From Limnochordia bacterium (GTDB lineage Bacteria; Bacillota; Limnochordia; DTU080): a stretch of DNA of 64,000 nt. Location of the stretch: the NCBI GenBank assembly GCA_050951545.1, contig JBMNJG010000006.1:1-64000 (forward strand), read 5' to 3'. The notes under the pieces were generated by a model. That model was not told the origin of the DNA, did not search any database, and saw only the letters and a program-made list of their open reading frames with translations. The translations under genes were made by a program, and so were the position numbers. Each line of letters begins with the position of its first letter. The first letter of the stretch is position 1. Shown here one piece after another: positions 10,349 through 21,090 of the stretch.

Positions 10349-10740
10349 TCATTCAACGCCGCAATGAGCCGCACCTATCAGGTGGTACTGCGTATCCCCC
10401 AAAAGAAAGGGCTGATCCCCAGAATCAAAAGCGAAGCCCCAAGGCACATCCTTCGCAGCACGCAGAAATCCTCGCTGCGCTTTGTTAGCTGGTTCTATGG
10501 TGACAGTCCCCTCTTCCATCAGGCCTTCATCGACCGAGCCACGGTTGTCTGGTACATCCACGTCTCAGGCTCGTTGGGGCAAAAGCGGAATCTCCATGTG
10601 CTATCACCATCGAAGAAGCCGCCGATCTGCATCTTGTTTCCCGACGGACTCGTGATAGTTGACACCATTTGAACGTCAGTGAAAGGGTTCCGATAGACCC
10701 GATCTGAGCGTAGCTCCATCTCACAAACCTGCCCCAACAT
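10349..10740 (-). pseudogene. Frameshifted, truncated DUF5060/DUF4038 (apiosidase-like) gene remnant
   Basis: Two frames: YRNPFTDVQM...SPSG...GFFDGDSTWRFRFCPNEPETWMYQT (DUF5060-like), then RGFLRA...WGFAFDSGDQPFLLGDTQY (start of a DUF4038-like domain), then stop. Confidence 0.65.
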
Positions 10741-10796
10741 CCCTCGTCGCGTCAATCCGCTCGGCTCTCCCTTCCCCCATGAGCAGCGAAGGTTCG

Positions 10797-11129
10797 CTAG
10801 CTATGGCACCAGGGCGCCCGCCAAAGAGGCTGGGCCTGCTGCCGCCAATAGGTCAGATGTGAGGCATACAGTCCTTCGCGGCGCAGCAAAGCGCCCCTTT
10901 CCTGGGCCGTACAAGCCTCCGCTTCCTTTAGGATTCGTAGCTTGTACTCCGCTGTGAAAGTCCGTCGCGTTGCCCGCGGCACCACCTCCGGGTTTGGTGG
11001 TACCTCTAGACCTCTGGCCATGCCTTGTCCGTCACCCTTGTTAACGTCCGCCTTGCTGTTCATGCCATCCACCTCTCCCACCCTCTACACTAAATTCGGG
11101 ATGGAAGGTGTCTCACCTATCTTGGCACA
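10797..11129 (-). mobile_element. IS3-family insertion sequence remnant (left end plus truncated orfA)
   Basis: PEVVPRATRRTFTAEYKLRILKEAEAC...GALLRREGLYASHLTYWRQQ is an IS3-type OrfA HTH. The minus strand starts TGTGCCAAGATAGGTGAGACACC at 11129 (TG-terminal IR). No orfB and no right end. Confidence 0.8.
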
Positions 11130-12232
11130 GAGGGGCAACGCTGAGGTTTGAGTACACCGATGACTGGTCGAGCCAGAAACTGACCGTGGCGATCGCAGGT
11201 GGAGCGCCGCCCGACGTCAGTCTGGTCTCTATGTCACGCGCTCGCACTTTCTACGAGTCCGGGATGCTCATGGAGCTTAACTCCTATGTGGACAAGACAC
11301 CTCATATGGCACTCGACCAGTTCCTGCCCACTGCCATTCCCTTTGTTGAGAGAGAGGGTCGGATCTACGGTCTTCCTTGGAGCCTAGAGGCAAATGTGGT
11401 TCTCTACAACCGCGAGTTTCTGAACGAGGTGGGTCTGGATGACCAGCCTCAGGCCTTGAACACCTGGAATGATCTGATCACCTACGGCAGAGCCCTCGTC
11501 AAGCGGGATGAGAACCAGGTTATTCAGCGCAGTGGAATGGTCCTAGCGAAAGGAGTCCCTCATTTTGCTGCCTACCTATATGCAAACGGTGGCCAGTTCT
11601 ACAATGAAACCGGTACTAAGGCGGCCTTCCATGACTCCAAGGGCATCGAAACCCTGGAGATGATGGTCAGATACGCGAGGGAATATGACGTGACCCGTGC
11701 AAACGCTGTTGGGTGGCGTGATATCGGTAATCGGACGGCGGCCATGGCTATCGGTGACAGCTCCAATACAGGTGTCATCCGGGCAGCGGCGCCGGACTTT
11801 GTCTCATGGCTAGGTATGGCTCCCATCCCCCGTGGCCCGCAGGGAACTCGTTCTTCGACGGCGAGTTGGAGTAACATGTTTTCCATCCCCAACGGCGCCA
11901 GGAACCCAGACCTGGCTTGGAGCTTCATCAAACTATGGTTACATCCAGATATGGTGGTCGAGCGTTTCCTCCACTACGGGCGTGAGAACGTAACAGCACC
12001 GCGTCGAGATTTCCTGCAAAGCCACGCCTTCAGAACAGCCATGCAAGATATCCCCTGGATGAGAGTCATACCAGAGGTCTTCAACAACGCAGGTCCCTAT
12101 CCGTTCATCCGGTTCCCCGACATCACTGCCAAGATGGGTCCGCTGCTCACTCGGGCAGAGAGAGGTGAGATGGCCCCGGCCGCTGCTTTACTGGAGGCAC
12201 AGCGCGTCGTCAACGCCATTCTGCGGGAGTAA
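11130..12232 (+). pseudogene. SBP family 1, 5'-truncated by the IS3 remnant
   Basis: Frame begins at GATLRFEY...KLTVAIAGGAPPDV immediately after the IS end; signal peptide and first strand are missing, the rest is intact. Confidence 0.75.
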
Positions 12233-12466
12233 AGAAGCCGCCGGATAGTCATACGGGATACACAAGAGGATTGCGTTCTGCACGACGTAGCGAATGATGC
12301 ACCCGTCGGAGGAGATCACCCGCACACATCAGTGCCCATATTCCTCGAAGGTCCCGAGCGCATAGGGGCCGTCAGTTTCCGCTCGCGATTACCAGCTTCC
12401 TAGCGTGGAGATCCATGCTGACTCGCCTTCGCTACCTGGGCCCTGACCCTGCGCGAATCAACCGAT

Positions 12467-12499
12467 GAGGACGCTGCCCGGATAAAGTGCAGCGTCCTC
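12467..12499. terminator. Hairpin between convergent genes
   Basis: GAGGACGCTGC...GCAGCGTCCTC, 11-bp stem. Confidence 0.5.
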
Positions 12500-12572
12500 T
12501 CGGGGTGCGCCCGATAGCTATGGCGGCGGCTGGTCGCCGAGAGTCATAGTAACCGCCGCAGCCTCACCGTCC

Positions 12573-15500
12573 TCAATGTGCAAGACCGACCAGCACCACG
12601 CGGCCAAACTGCATTGCCGCGCCTTCCGCCCGCTCGCCGTCCCATACCAAACGGAACAGCTCCGGGTTTGCAGTCGGCGGTACGTCACCGCTCAGAACGA
12701 GTCTGGACCAGCCTGTTGCCGTCTCCGTCTCCTGTGCCCCCACCTGATAAGCTACCGGTAGCCATTCATCCCCGTCCGCCGAAACGGCGATGTCCAGCGC
12801 CTCCATCGCAGCCGGATCCTGGACGAAGACTGTCACTTCGAAGCGCCTCAACCTGGCCAGGTGCCACGTCAGATGCTGCCTCTCCCCACCTGTGGGCGTC
12901 AATCGGTCCGGATCGCCCAAAAACGCTTCGGGCTCATCAGCGGTATACTGCCAGCCTTCCGACTTGTCGGCCACCCTCAGCCTGTCCACAGCGGTGAACC
13001 ACCCCGAGGGCGGCAGCAGTTCATCGATCAAAGTAGTCCAGTTATTGACCAGAATGCGAGTTGTGTCAGCGTAGATTCGTCCTTGATCTGTTTCGACAAG
13101 AAACTCCAACCTGCATACCCCATCTGCGACCTGGAACGTATCGAACCATACCGTACCCGGCCACGTCGCCCCCTGATGGATGACAAATTCCTCGTCGTAA
13201 TCCTTCCCTGAAGTGCTCCTCACCGTTAGGGAATAACCCACCGCCTTTTCTCCCGGAGGAAGGGAGACGTGGGCGACGACGGGCTGTTTTCCGTGCGCTG
13301 GCTCACTTGCCACGGACTCGATGTAGGCGACCTGCATGGGACGTGCACTTTGGACGGTACCTATCTTGCCCTGCCAAAAAGGCGTCCGCCTGGCCTCTTC
13401 GGATAGAATCGCCGCTTCGTCTAGCCAGTACGTGTCACCCGGCTTGCTTATAGACAGGGCCTCCATACCGAGCCTGCGCAGCATCGTCACCTCGGGATAG
13501 ACGTCCCGAATCATCCTGGCATCAAAGACCAGCACCTGCCACTCCCCGTCATCCACGAGTTGGTACGGGAGCAAGTCACCGGCCCTCTTTCCTCTCCCCG
13601 GTAAAACGCTGGCCACCAAAACGCGCCGTTCCTTCTGCGCATCCGCATCAAAGGCCCGCACATACACCCCGACGGGGGTCCCTTCTGTGATCCGGTACTT
13701 GAGGTATACAAACGGGTAGCGATCGATGTCCCATTGCGCTGGATTCGTATGCAAAGGCAATGAGCCTCCACCCGGGTTGGTGATCCTTAGAACTCCCTCC
13801 CCCGTTTCTCGATCTACCTCCTGCTCCGCCTCTACAGGCGTGGGGCGGCTTTTGTACCAGACCCACCACGCGTCGTTATCGTCGGCATCAAAAGTCGTGT
13901 ACATGAGGGGCATCTCTAGGCTTTCTGGCGGGCCATACTCTACAAAACCGACACCAACGTAACTTGCCCCCTCGCGGTCTTTGACCCGCACCCGAATCGG
14001 GAAGCCCTCAGGGCTAAACAGTTGGTCCACCGAGAACTCATAGGTGTGGGTGATCTCCTGACCATAGACTAGGGTGCCGTCACCGAGCCGCCACTCAAAA
14101 GACACCGGATCGATGGGCCCGTACACATGCGCCCGCATCTTCACCGGTTGGCCTGGGTAGACGACAAACGGATCCACCTCAACGAAAACGCTGACCCGAC
14201 CCGTGTCGCCGTGCTCTATCGCTCCCATGTCTGGGGCCGCCCCTGACCAGGCCAGGCTCACCGCGTCGCCCTGTTGCCACGTCAACACCCTATCGAGTTC
14301 CAAAGTACCCGATTCCACATCGACCTTGACAACCCGTGCTTGCCGAGCAGCGTCACCGACAGCAATGAGATCGCCCTGCTCCCCGGCAATACCGAAACCG
14401 TCGTAGAAGTAATGGACATCCTCAACCGCCAGCACCTGACCGCGACCAGCGCTCAGGGCGAACGTCAAGGGCGCCGCCGCGTCCCGCAAGGGGCTCTCGG
14501 CAGATAGGCGGTGATCATATCGCCCCAGATCGACGAAATCGACGGGCCCGCGGAAATTGCCGCCAAACTGCCCATCGCCATTGGATTGCAGATCGTCCGG
14601 ATCCCGGGAGAGGGCATTCGAAAAGCCGATCTTGCCGCCCTCACCGAGGGCGTTATGCTCAAAACGAACATGCTGGGCGCCCTTGCTCAGCACAACCTGG
14701 CGTTCTTCTCCGTAGGGGTCATTGCGGTAGAAGATATTGTTCTTCACCACGTTGTCGCGTACAGGAAAAGAGACGTTCCGTTCGATGATCCGTAGAGCCT
14801 CCAAGCTATTGCGGTCAAACACGTTATTATAGATGCGCGTATCGGTAACGCCGTGCACTTCCAGCCACGGATGCATGACAATGGGGTTTCCCCAGTTGCG
14901 AAAGATACGGTTAAAGCGATAGATGGCGGCAAAGGCATTGGGTTGGGATGCTTCGCTAGCAGACCTGCCGCCATGAAGCGAATGAATGATGATGTTGTTC
15001 TCAAACAAGGCGTTACGGGCCATGAGAAATTCGAAAGCCCGCCCCCAGGTGGGGCTAAAGACATTGCCTCGCAACACAACCTCCGTATCATAAACCGTTT
15101 CGGTGCCGTCCCAAAACTGCAGGGGGGAATGCCCAGCGTAGGAAATCGCGTTGCCTTCAAAGAGGATGCGGCTAGAGCGTTGGACCACTGCCATATTGAA
15201 CGGACTCTTTTTCAGGCAACTATCGCGCACGAAAATGTCCTCACTGTCCCTGATCAGAAACGGAGTTCCCTCCACCGCATCCCTACTGCGCTCCATCAGC
15301 ATATCTGTGAGATGTATGTCTTTAGCGTTTTGGGCAAAAAACCATAATCCCCGGGGCGAGGCAGGGAAGACATGTAGCCCTTCCAGCCGGATGTGTGAGA
15401 CACCGTCTAGCACAATGGCCCGGTCGGTCCCTGCAGTGCCTGTAAGCAGGGCCGTACGCCGTTCGGCCGCCCGGAAAGTAATGGGCGCCGCCGCCGTGCC

Positions 15501-16304
15501 GCTGTTTTTGGGCGCCAGGATGTTAGCGTAGCCCGCGTATGTACCGGGCATAAGCACTATCACATCGCCTGGCAAAGCCTCACGCGAGGCCTTGCCCAGC
15601 GTGGCCCACGGGTGGGCGCTGCTACCACTCTGACCGTCATCACCATCCGGCGACACATAGAAAACGCCTGCTTCTCTGGCCATCATAGTATCGTCCTTCA
15701 CTTCGCCCTTCACTTCGCCCATCTCCAGATTGCTCAATTTGACTGCCCCACTAGAATTCCTTAGGTAAAATGAGACCCACAACACCTCAGTCCCGGGCGG
15801 GACTTGAAATTCGTTTTCTAAGCGAATCCAATCGGTCGTGCCAGTGGGAGCGACTATTCTGAGCTGATCGCGCACGGCCTGCAGCCCTTCATCAGTCGCC
15901 TTGAAAAACTCGACCCGCAGAAAGCTATTGGCGTTGGCCCGCATATTCACACCGCTGCCCTGATACCAGGCCGATATCTTGAGTGTCTTGCCCTCCAAGC
16001 CCTGGGCTGAGATGCCTCTTTGGTTCACGATCACCAGGCCCTCTTCTTCACTGCCAGTGATCCGCAGGGCCGCAGCCCCGGCAAAACCTTCGGCGTCTGC
16101 GAAAATTCCATACCCTGAGCCCCTGTCAGTGTAATCCCAACCAACAGGGCGACCGGCCTCGCCCCAGTCGCTGAAATCGCCATTAACGATGAGATTGGCG
16201 GTGTCCGGCGATGCAGCTTGCGCCTCAACCAGCGACTGGCAAGCCGCATAGGCGGTAACCAACACACAAAACAGAACAGAGATCTTCCAAGTTCTTGCGA
16301 ACAT
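12573..16304 (-). CDS. Secreted multidomain protein: CBM4/9-like, DUF1565 plus right-handed parallel beta-helix (polysaccharide lyase-like), PKD domain, uncharacterised C-terminal module
   Basis: ATG 16304 after AAGGAGGGG; signal peptide; NLIVNGDFS (CBM4/9); FYVSPDGDDGQSGSSAHPWATL...PGDVIVLMPGTY (DUF1565); Asn-ladder repeats; APDMGAIE; SFEWRLGDG...ITHTY (PKD). Confidence 0.75.
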   Translation of the reverse strand: MFARTWKISVLFCVLVTAYAACQSLVEAQAASPDTANLIVNGDFSDWGEAGRPVGWDYTDRGSGYGIFADAEGFAGAAALRITGSEEEGLVIVNQRGISAQGLEGKTLKISAWYQGSGVNMRANANSFLRVEFFKATDEGLQAVRDQLRIVAPTGTTDWIRLENEFQVPPGTEVLWVSFYLRNSSGAVKLSNLEMGEVKGEVKDDTMMAREAGVFYVSPDGDDGQSGSSAHPWATLGKASREALPGDVIVLMPGTYAGYANILAPKNSGTAAAPITFRAAERRTALLTGTAGTDRAIVLDGVSHIRLEGLHVFPASPRGLWFFAQNAKDIHLTDMLMERSRDAVEGTPFLIRDSEDIFVRDSCLKKSPFNMAVVQRSSRILFEGNAISYAGHSPLQFWDGTETVYDTEVVLRGNVFSPTWGRAFEFLMARNALFENNIIIHSLHGGRSASEASQPNAFAAIYRFNRIFRNWGNPIVMHPWLEVHGVTDTRIYNNVFDRNSLEALRIIERNVSFPVRDNVVKNNIFYRNDPYGEERQVVLSKGAQHVRFEHNALGEGGKIGFSNALSRDPDDLQSNGDGQFGGNFRGPVDFVDLGRYDHRLSAESPLRDAAAPLTFALSAGRGQVLAVEDVHYFYDGFGIAGEQGDLIAVGDAARQARVVKVDVESGTLELDRVLTWQQGDAVSLAWSGAAPDMGAIEHGDTGRVSVFVEVDPFVVYPGQPVKMRAHVYGPIDPVSFEWRLGDGTLVYGQEITHTYEFSVDQLFSPEGFPIRVRVKDREGASYVGVGFVEYGPPESLEMPLMYTTFDADDNDAWWVWYKSRPTPVEAEQEVDRETGEGVLRITNPGGGSLPLHTNPAQWDIDRYPFVYLKYRITEGTPVGVYVRAFDADAQKERRVLVASVLPGRGKRAGDLLPYQLVDDGEWQVLVFDARMIRDVYPEVTMLRRLGMEALSISKPGDTYWLDEAAILSEEARRTPFWQGKIGTVQSARPMQVAYIESVASEPAHGKQPVVAHVSLPPGEKAVGYSLTVRSTSGKDYDEEFVIHQGATWPGTVWFDTFQVADGVCRLEFLVETDQGRIYADTTRILVNNWTTLIDELLPPSGWFTAVDRLRVADKSEGWQYTADEPEAFLGDPDRLTPTGGERQHLTWHLARLRRFEVTVFVQDPAAMEALDIAVSADGDEWLPVAYQVGAQETETATGWSRLVLSGDVPPTANPELFRLVWDGERAEGAAMQFGRVVLVGLAH

Positions 16305-16383
16305 GGATCCACCCCTCCTTAATACCGCCCCCGCCTGCTGAAGGAAGGCATACGGCGGGGGCATGTCAGACGTTTTCATCTGG

Positions 16384-17679
16384 CTATAGGTCTGGGTCAC
16401 GAATAATCCTCGATGTGCGCATGCCTTCAGGCTTTACTAGATCCCCGTAGGTGCTCCAACGCCGCTCTTTCTTAAACAGCACAGTCGCTTCGCCCCGTCT
16501 GGCCCCCACGGACAAGTTGCGCATGCCGAAATAGCGATCTAGATCGACCTCGGCACAGACGGTCTTGGGATCGCCCATCGTAGTGGCCAGAATCTCGCCG
16601 GTCTTATCCAACACCTGGCTGGGACTTGTTCCGGTAGATGAAGCCACAATGACGACGCCATTATCCATCGCCCGTGTGGGCCACGTATGCTCGTAATGGC
16701 CGGGAAGCCCAGAACCCGCCAAAGGAAAGGCGATCACTTCCGCCCCGTTGAGGGCTAGAATGCGGGCAGACTCGGGAAACCACAGGTCCCAACAGACCGC
16801 GATTCCCAGCCTACCGAAATCGGTTTCAAACACCGGGAACGAGTCTCCGGGAGTGAGTCCTTTTTGTTGTTCCATGTAGGTGAGATGCACTTTTCTGTAC
16901 TTGCCCACCAGACGACCGGAACGGTTGATCAAAACCGCAGTGTTGTAAAAGTGCTCCCCTTCAACTTCGTGAAGGCTGGTTACGAGATAGGTCTTGTGCT
17001 GAGCCGCCTTAGCCGCCAAGCGAGAAACGACTTCCCCCGGGATCGGCTGCGAGTTACTCGCATAGTCTCCCGGAACGCCCCGATCTACGAAGTTCTCAGT
17101 CAGACAAATGAGATCGGGCTGATGCTGGGCGGCCTCATCGATGACGTCTTCCATCTGCCGGACGTTGCGCTCGATCGTCGGATCAGGCGCGGGGGCAATG
17201 CGGGTTGTGGCCAAGCGTACATGCCGGGAGGGCATTTTCGCGATAGGCTGCACCTCGACGCTCTTCCACACAATCCGCCCCCGCGGGGTGTTTCTCATGA
17301 TTAGGCACACCCTGAGGCGGGCCGCACCACTGTGTGTGCGCACACTTCGCCGCAGGCGCCGAGATTTTCCCCCTGTCGGGTGTAGGCCGTCGAGGTAATC
17401 AACGGCGACGGGGCGTCCGGTAGCATCGCTCCACTCGAGCGTCACCGCGACGTTCTCTTCATCATGCACAAGATCGTCGACATCGAAGTCTACTGTTACT
17501 GTGTAACAATGGGCGTCTGATACGTCGTACTCAGACCACCAACCACCGTACACGCCCCGATGACCAGTCGCTGCCGTCACAAGAACACCCTCCAGGGCAT
17601 AACTCTTCGGCGACGTCGCTGGCCGCTGGCTCCACTGCTGCCATTTCGATGCATCCAAGATTGACCAAACCTCCCGCAA
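16384..17679 (-). CDS. Carbon-nitrogen hydrolase (nitrilase superfamily) with extra N-terminal ~150-aa beta-rich domain
   Basis: Catalytic triad motifs DLICLTE, GKYRKVHL, AVCWDLWFPE. Confidence 0.85.
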   Translation of the reverse strand: MREVWSILDASKWQQWSQRPATSPKSYALEGVLVTAATGHRGVYGGWWSEYDVSDAHCYTVTVDFDVDDLVHDEENVAVTLEWSDATGRPVAVDYLDGLHPTGGKSRRLRRSVRTHSGAARLRVCLIMRNTPRGRIVWKSVEVQPIAKMPSRHVRLATTRIAPAPDPTIERNVRQMEDVIDEAAQHQPDLICLTENFVDRGVPGDYASNSQPIPGEVVSRLAAKAAQHKTYLVTSLHEVEGEHFYNTAVLINRSGRLVGKYRKVHLTYMEQQKGLTPGDSFPVFETDFGRLGIAVCWDLWFPESARILALNGAEVIAFPLAGSGLPGHYEHTWPTRAMDNGVVIVASSTGTSPSQVLDKTGEILATTMGDPKTVCAEVDLDRYFGMRNLSVGARRGEATVLFKKERRWSTYGDLVKPEGMRTSRIIRDPDL

Positions 17680-17694
17680 GCATTGTTACTACCA

Positions 17695-18918
17695 TTACCG
17701 CGACTGTTGGGAAATATAAGCATTGATGGCGCGTTGAACCTGGGGAACGACTGTCTCAGGCGCCGCCTGCCCTTGCCAGACAGATTTCATACCAGCATCA
17801 AAAGCAGACTGAATGTAATCGGAGTGCACGTGATAGGGATAGGGCTCCGCAAAACCCAGCGAGTTCATTAGACCCGTCAGCAGCTCCCTAGTCTCCAGCG
17901 GTAGGGTGACATCACGGCGCATGGGCACCCTACCTCGGGCCACTACAAATTCCTGACTATCTCGGGACGTCAAGTACTTGAGATAGCGCCAGGCCGCATC
18001 TTTTTCCTTGGCGTTGGTGGTCAAAGCAAAGGAGGTCACGTAAGCTACTTCACCCTTCGTCACATCTTGCGTACCCGAAGTAACCCCCACAGGCGTATCC
18101 CCGATGCCGCTACCGATGCTGCCAGTGCCCAGATGAATCGAGGCCACTTTGCCATTCAAAAACAAGCTGGTCGATCCCCCGTGGATCCCGTCGCGAATCA
18201 ATCCGAGCAGCCAGTTCATGGCCTTGTACGCCGCGGGAACATCGATATCCAACAGATCATCCTTGTCAAACATACGTCCGCCCGCCTGGTAAATAAGCGG
18301 AACGATCTGCGTGTATGGAGTACCATGGTAGTAGCCCCAGATCTCAGGCTGCCCATCGCCATCCATATCGACGGTGCTCCGCTTGGCGACATCCCGTATC
18401 TCTTCCCAAGTTATCCAGCTATCGGCCGCAGGAGGCACAACACCGCGCTGCGCCAGAATGTCCTTGTTATAAGCATAAGTATAATTCACTACAAATCCGG
18501 GCATCCCGAACATTATGCCGGCATAGCGCACTGCATTTAGCGCTCCGGGGATCCACGCCCGCGTGTCTAGCGACTTGTCTCGCTCGATCCAAGGCTCGAG
18601 ATTCTCCAACACACCGCCAACCGCCAACGGGGCTACTTGCTCAGGCGGTATTTGCAGCACGTCGGGAATGCTGCCAGTGGCAGCCAGCACGGCCACTTTC
18701 GCAGCGTACTCCTTATGGCTAGCAATGGTTGAAACGTCAAGTTTGATGTCCGGGTTATTCTTTTCAAAGAAATCCATTTGTCTTCCGTAGGTGCCACTCC
18801 AGCGTTCAGGCGCCAACCACGTGCCCACGCTCAACATCGTTTTGCCCTGCGCAGGAATGGACAAGACCGCCACCGCCAAGAGCAAGCCACATATCAACTG
18901 CCTGACACACCGAGGCAT
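17695..18918 (-). CDS. SBP family 1
   Basis: Signal peptide; ATGSIPDV, YNKDIL..RGV.PP, ITWEE, DMDGDG, AAWRYLKYLTS. Confidence 0.85.
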   Translation of the reverse strand: MPRCVRQLICGLLLAVAVLSIPAQGKTMLSVGTWLAPERWSGTYGRQMDFFEKNNPDIKLDVSTIASHKEYAAKVAVLAATGSIPDVLQIPPEQVAPLAVGGVLENLEPWIERDKSLDTRAWIPGALNAVRYAGIMFGMPGFVVNYTYAYNKDILAQRGVVPPAADSWITWEEIRDVAKRSTVDMDGDGQPEIWGYYHGTPYTQIVPLIYQAGGRMFDKDDLLDIDVPAAYKAMNWLLGLIRDGIHGGSTSLFLNGKVASIHLGTGSIGSGIGDTPVGVTSGTQDVTKGEVAYVTSFALTTNAKEKDAAWRYLKYLTSRDSQEFVVARGRVPMRRDVTLPLETRELLTGLMNSLGFAEPYPYHVHSDYIQSAFDAGMKSVWQGQAAPETVVPQVQRAINAYISQQSR

Positions 18919-19441
18919 CGATCATCCTCCTTACATAGTAGGTACAACTCCAGCGTACATCTGGCTCCTTAACCCTCTTCTCCTTGAATGACCAACGTCC
19001 TTTGGCTTGCGGCATCAGTTCTTCAAGAGTCCAAACGTCAGACAAACCCCGCCTAGATTGATCTTGTCCCAGAGCAAAAGAAAATGATCAAATATCAAAC
19101 CCGTGTCTGCCCTGGGGGAAGCCAACTTCGATTGTTTTGGAGCCGGAGCCTTTCTCGGCAATGAGCTCAACGGCCTTTCTTTCCACAGCGGCCATGCGCT
19201 CTTCTTCTGTGAGTTCTTTTCGTTTCACATGCTGGTTGAGCGCGTCTTGCGGCGGCCGCTCCGGCCACTCGCTAGCAGGAGACATATGACCTGTCGTGAA
19301 GTGCACCAGATGCGCAAGCAAACACAATATAAGTATAGCGTCAGCGCATTGGGCGGTGACGGCCCGGATCTCGTTCGGGACCCGACGCGTTCGCACACGT
19401 TCTGGAGTCTGTGACAACATCAGCATACAGGAGGTCGAGTA

Positions 19442-20695
19442 ATGTTGTTGCCCCGTCTGCGAAGAACTGCTATCTTCCTAGCCTCAGCATTCCTCCTACT
19501 AACTGGCTGCCTCGCCGCAGCTGCGGCAAGAGAGCAGCTGATAGTCTGGCATTGGGATGCTCATGCCAAGGGGGACTTTGCCCAATGGCTTGAGTACGCG
19601 AAGCTTTCATTTGAACAAAAGAATCCTGAAGTAGAGGTTGTCTATCAGTACGTTCCCTTCGGTCCAGACCGCTTTGTCCTGGCTGCCAGTGCTAACGTAA
19701 TGCCTGATGTATCCATTGCCTCGGTCACCTATGCCAGAGATCTCCATGAAAGCGGCTTGCTGCAGCCACTGAATGAGCACTACGCGGCCACCCCTGATCT
19801 ACAACGCGCCCTCCTCCCAGTCACCCAGGCGTTCAACCAGCACAACGGGGTGATCTATGGAGCCACAAACAGCCTAGAGGCTTCTGCTATTCTGTACAAC
19901 CACCAGCACTTCCTTGAGGCTGGCTTGAGCATTGACCCACTCGCCATAGGCACATGGACTGACCTTGCGGCGATTGTGCGGAAGCTGACGCGCATCGACA
20001 GCGACGGGACTTTGGTGAGGGCAGGTTTCTACGACTGGGTGAGCACTGAATCATATGCCCCCTGGCTCTACAGTAACGGTGCAGCATTCTTCAATGATCA
20101 GCAAACCCGAGCGGCGTTTAACACCGATAGGGGCCGAGAGGCCCTCGCTTTCCAAGAGGAACTGTGGAACATCACGGGAGCTATCAGAGGCTTCGTGCCT
20201 AACTTCGTGAAGGGCAATGTCTCCCTGCAGCGCATGGAGACGGCAGTGAGCCATATTCCCGACATCGGCGATGTGGAGTTTGGCTATACCAGCGCGCCAG
20301 TAGGGCCTGCAGGCAGCAGACGCGGGAGTGTGGCCTGGGGAAACATGTATGTGATTCCGAAGGGTGCTCGACACCCGGACCTGGCGTGGGATTGGATCGC
20401 ACATTATCTGAGCTTGGAGAGCCAGATCAAGCAGCTAGAGATCATGAGAACGCCCTTCTCGCCTCGTCGGGACGTGTACCTATCAAGCGCCTGGCGAAAA
20501 GCAGTAGAACAACGCAGCTATATGGCCTGCGCACTAGACATCTTCCAGACGGCTGGTGTATACCCGTTCTACCGGGCGAGTGCCATATCCGCCGAGGTCA
20601 ACCCCATCTTGCGTCAGGTCTTTAGTAATCAGCTGTCACCCGCGACTGCCATAGAGCAAATGGAATCCATCGTAAACCGCATCGTGGCCAAGTAA
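19442..20695 (+). CDS. SBP family 1
   Basis: RBS AGGAGG; signal peptide; ANVMPDV, ILYN, TWTDL, HPDLAWDWI. Confidence 0.85.
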   Translation: MLLPRLRRTAIFLASAFLLLTGCLAAAAAREQLIVWHWDAHAKGDFAQWLEYAKLSFEQKNPEVEVVYQYVPFGPDRFVLAASANVMPDVSIASVTYARDLHESGLLQPLNEHYAATPDLQRALLPVTQAFNQHNGVIYGATNSLEASAILYNHQHFLEAGLSIDPLAIGTWTDLAAIVRKLTRIDSDGTLVRAGFYDWVSTESYAPWLYSNGAAFFNDQQTRAAFNTDRGREALAFQEELWNITGAIRGFVPNFVKGNVSLQRMETAVSHIPDIGDVEFGYTSAPVGPAGSRRGSVAWGNMYVIPKGARHPDLAWDWIAHYLSLESQIKQLEIMRTPFSPRRDVYLSSAWRKAVEQRSYMACALDIFQTAGVYPFYRASAISAEVNPILRQVFSNQLSPATAIEQMESIVNRIVAK

Positions 20696-21090
20696 CGAAG
20701 AGACGCCCACATCCTTCTGGGCCCATACGGCACTCGGGCTGTCCCTCAATCGAATAGGGTGACGCTCGCTGATCAAGCGGGCGTCAGTCCTCTTGCAGAA
20801 CTGAACGTACGGACCACGGCCCCTCTGGGCCCGCCATCTATCGGCAAGTGCCCGACAGCACGCGGTAGCCCTTGTCGCTATAGCACGGCTCCAGCAGGTC
20901 ACGAAGTCACTATGCCCTGCGTCGAGTAATCCGGTCACTTTCAGGCGCGACTGCGGCGTTCCATAGTCGTCCCTCACCTCACCCCTGGCGCCATAGATCC
21001 CAAAAGACAGGGGAGCGTGGCCCCCCTGTCGGTGATCCCTCGTCGTTTCAGACATACCTGCGAATGGCAGATGAGGCCTCCATCAAGTCA

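Noticed and set aside
18990-19300. Possible transposase remnant (LSDVWTLEELM; KRKELTEEERMAAVERKAVEL)
   Set aside because: Only a short resemblance to IS C-terminal motifs; no IRs or catalytic motif could be supported.
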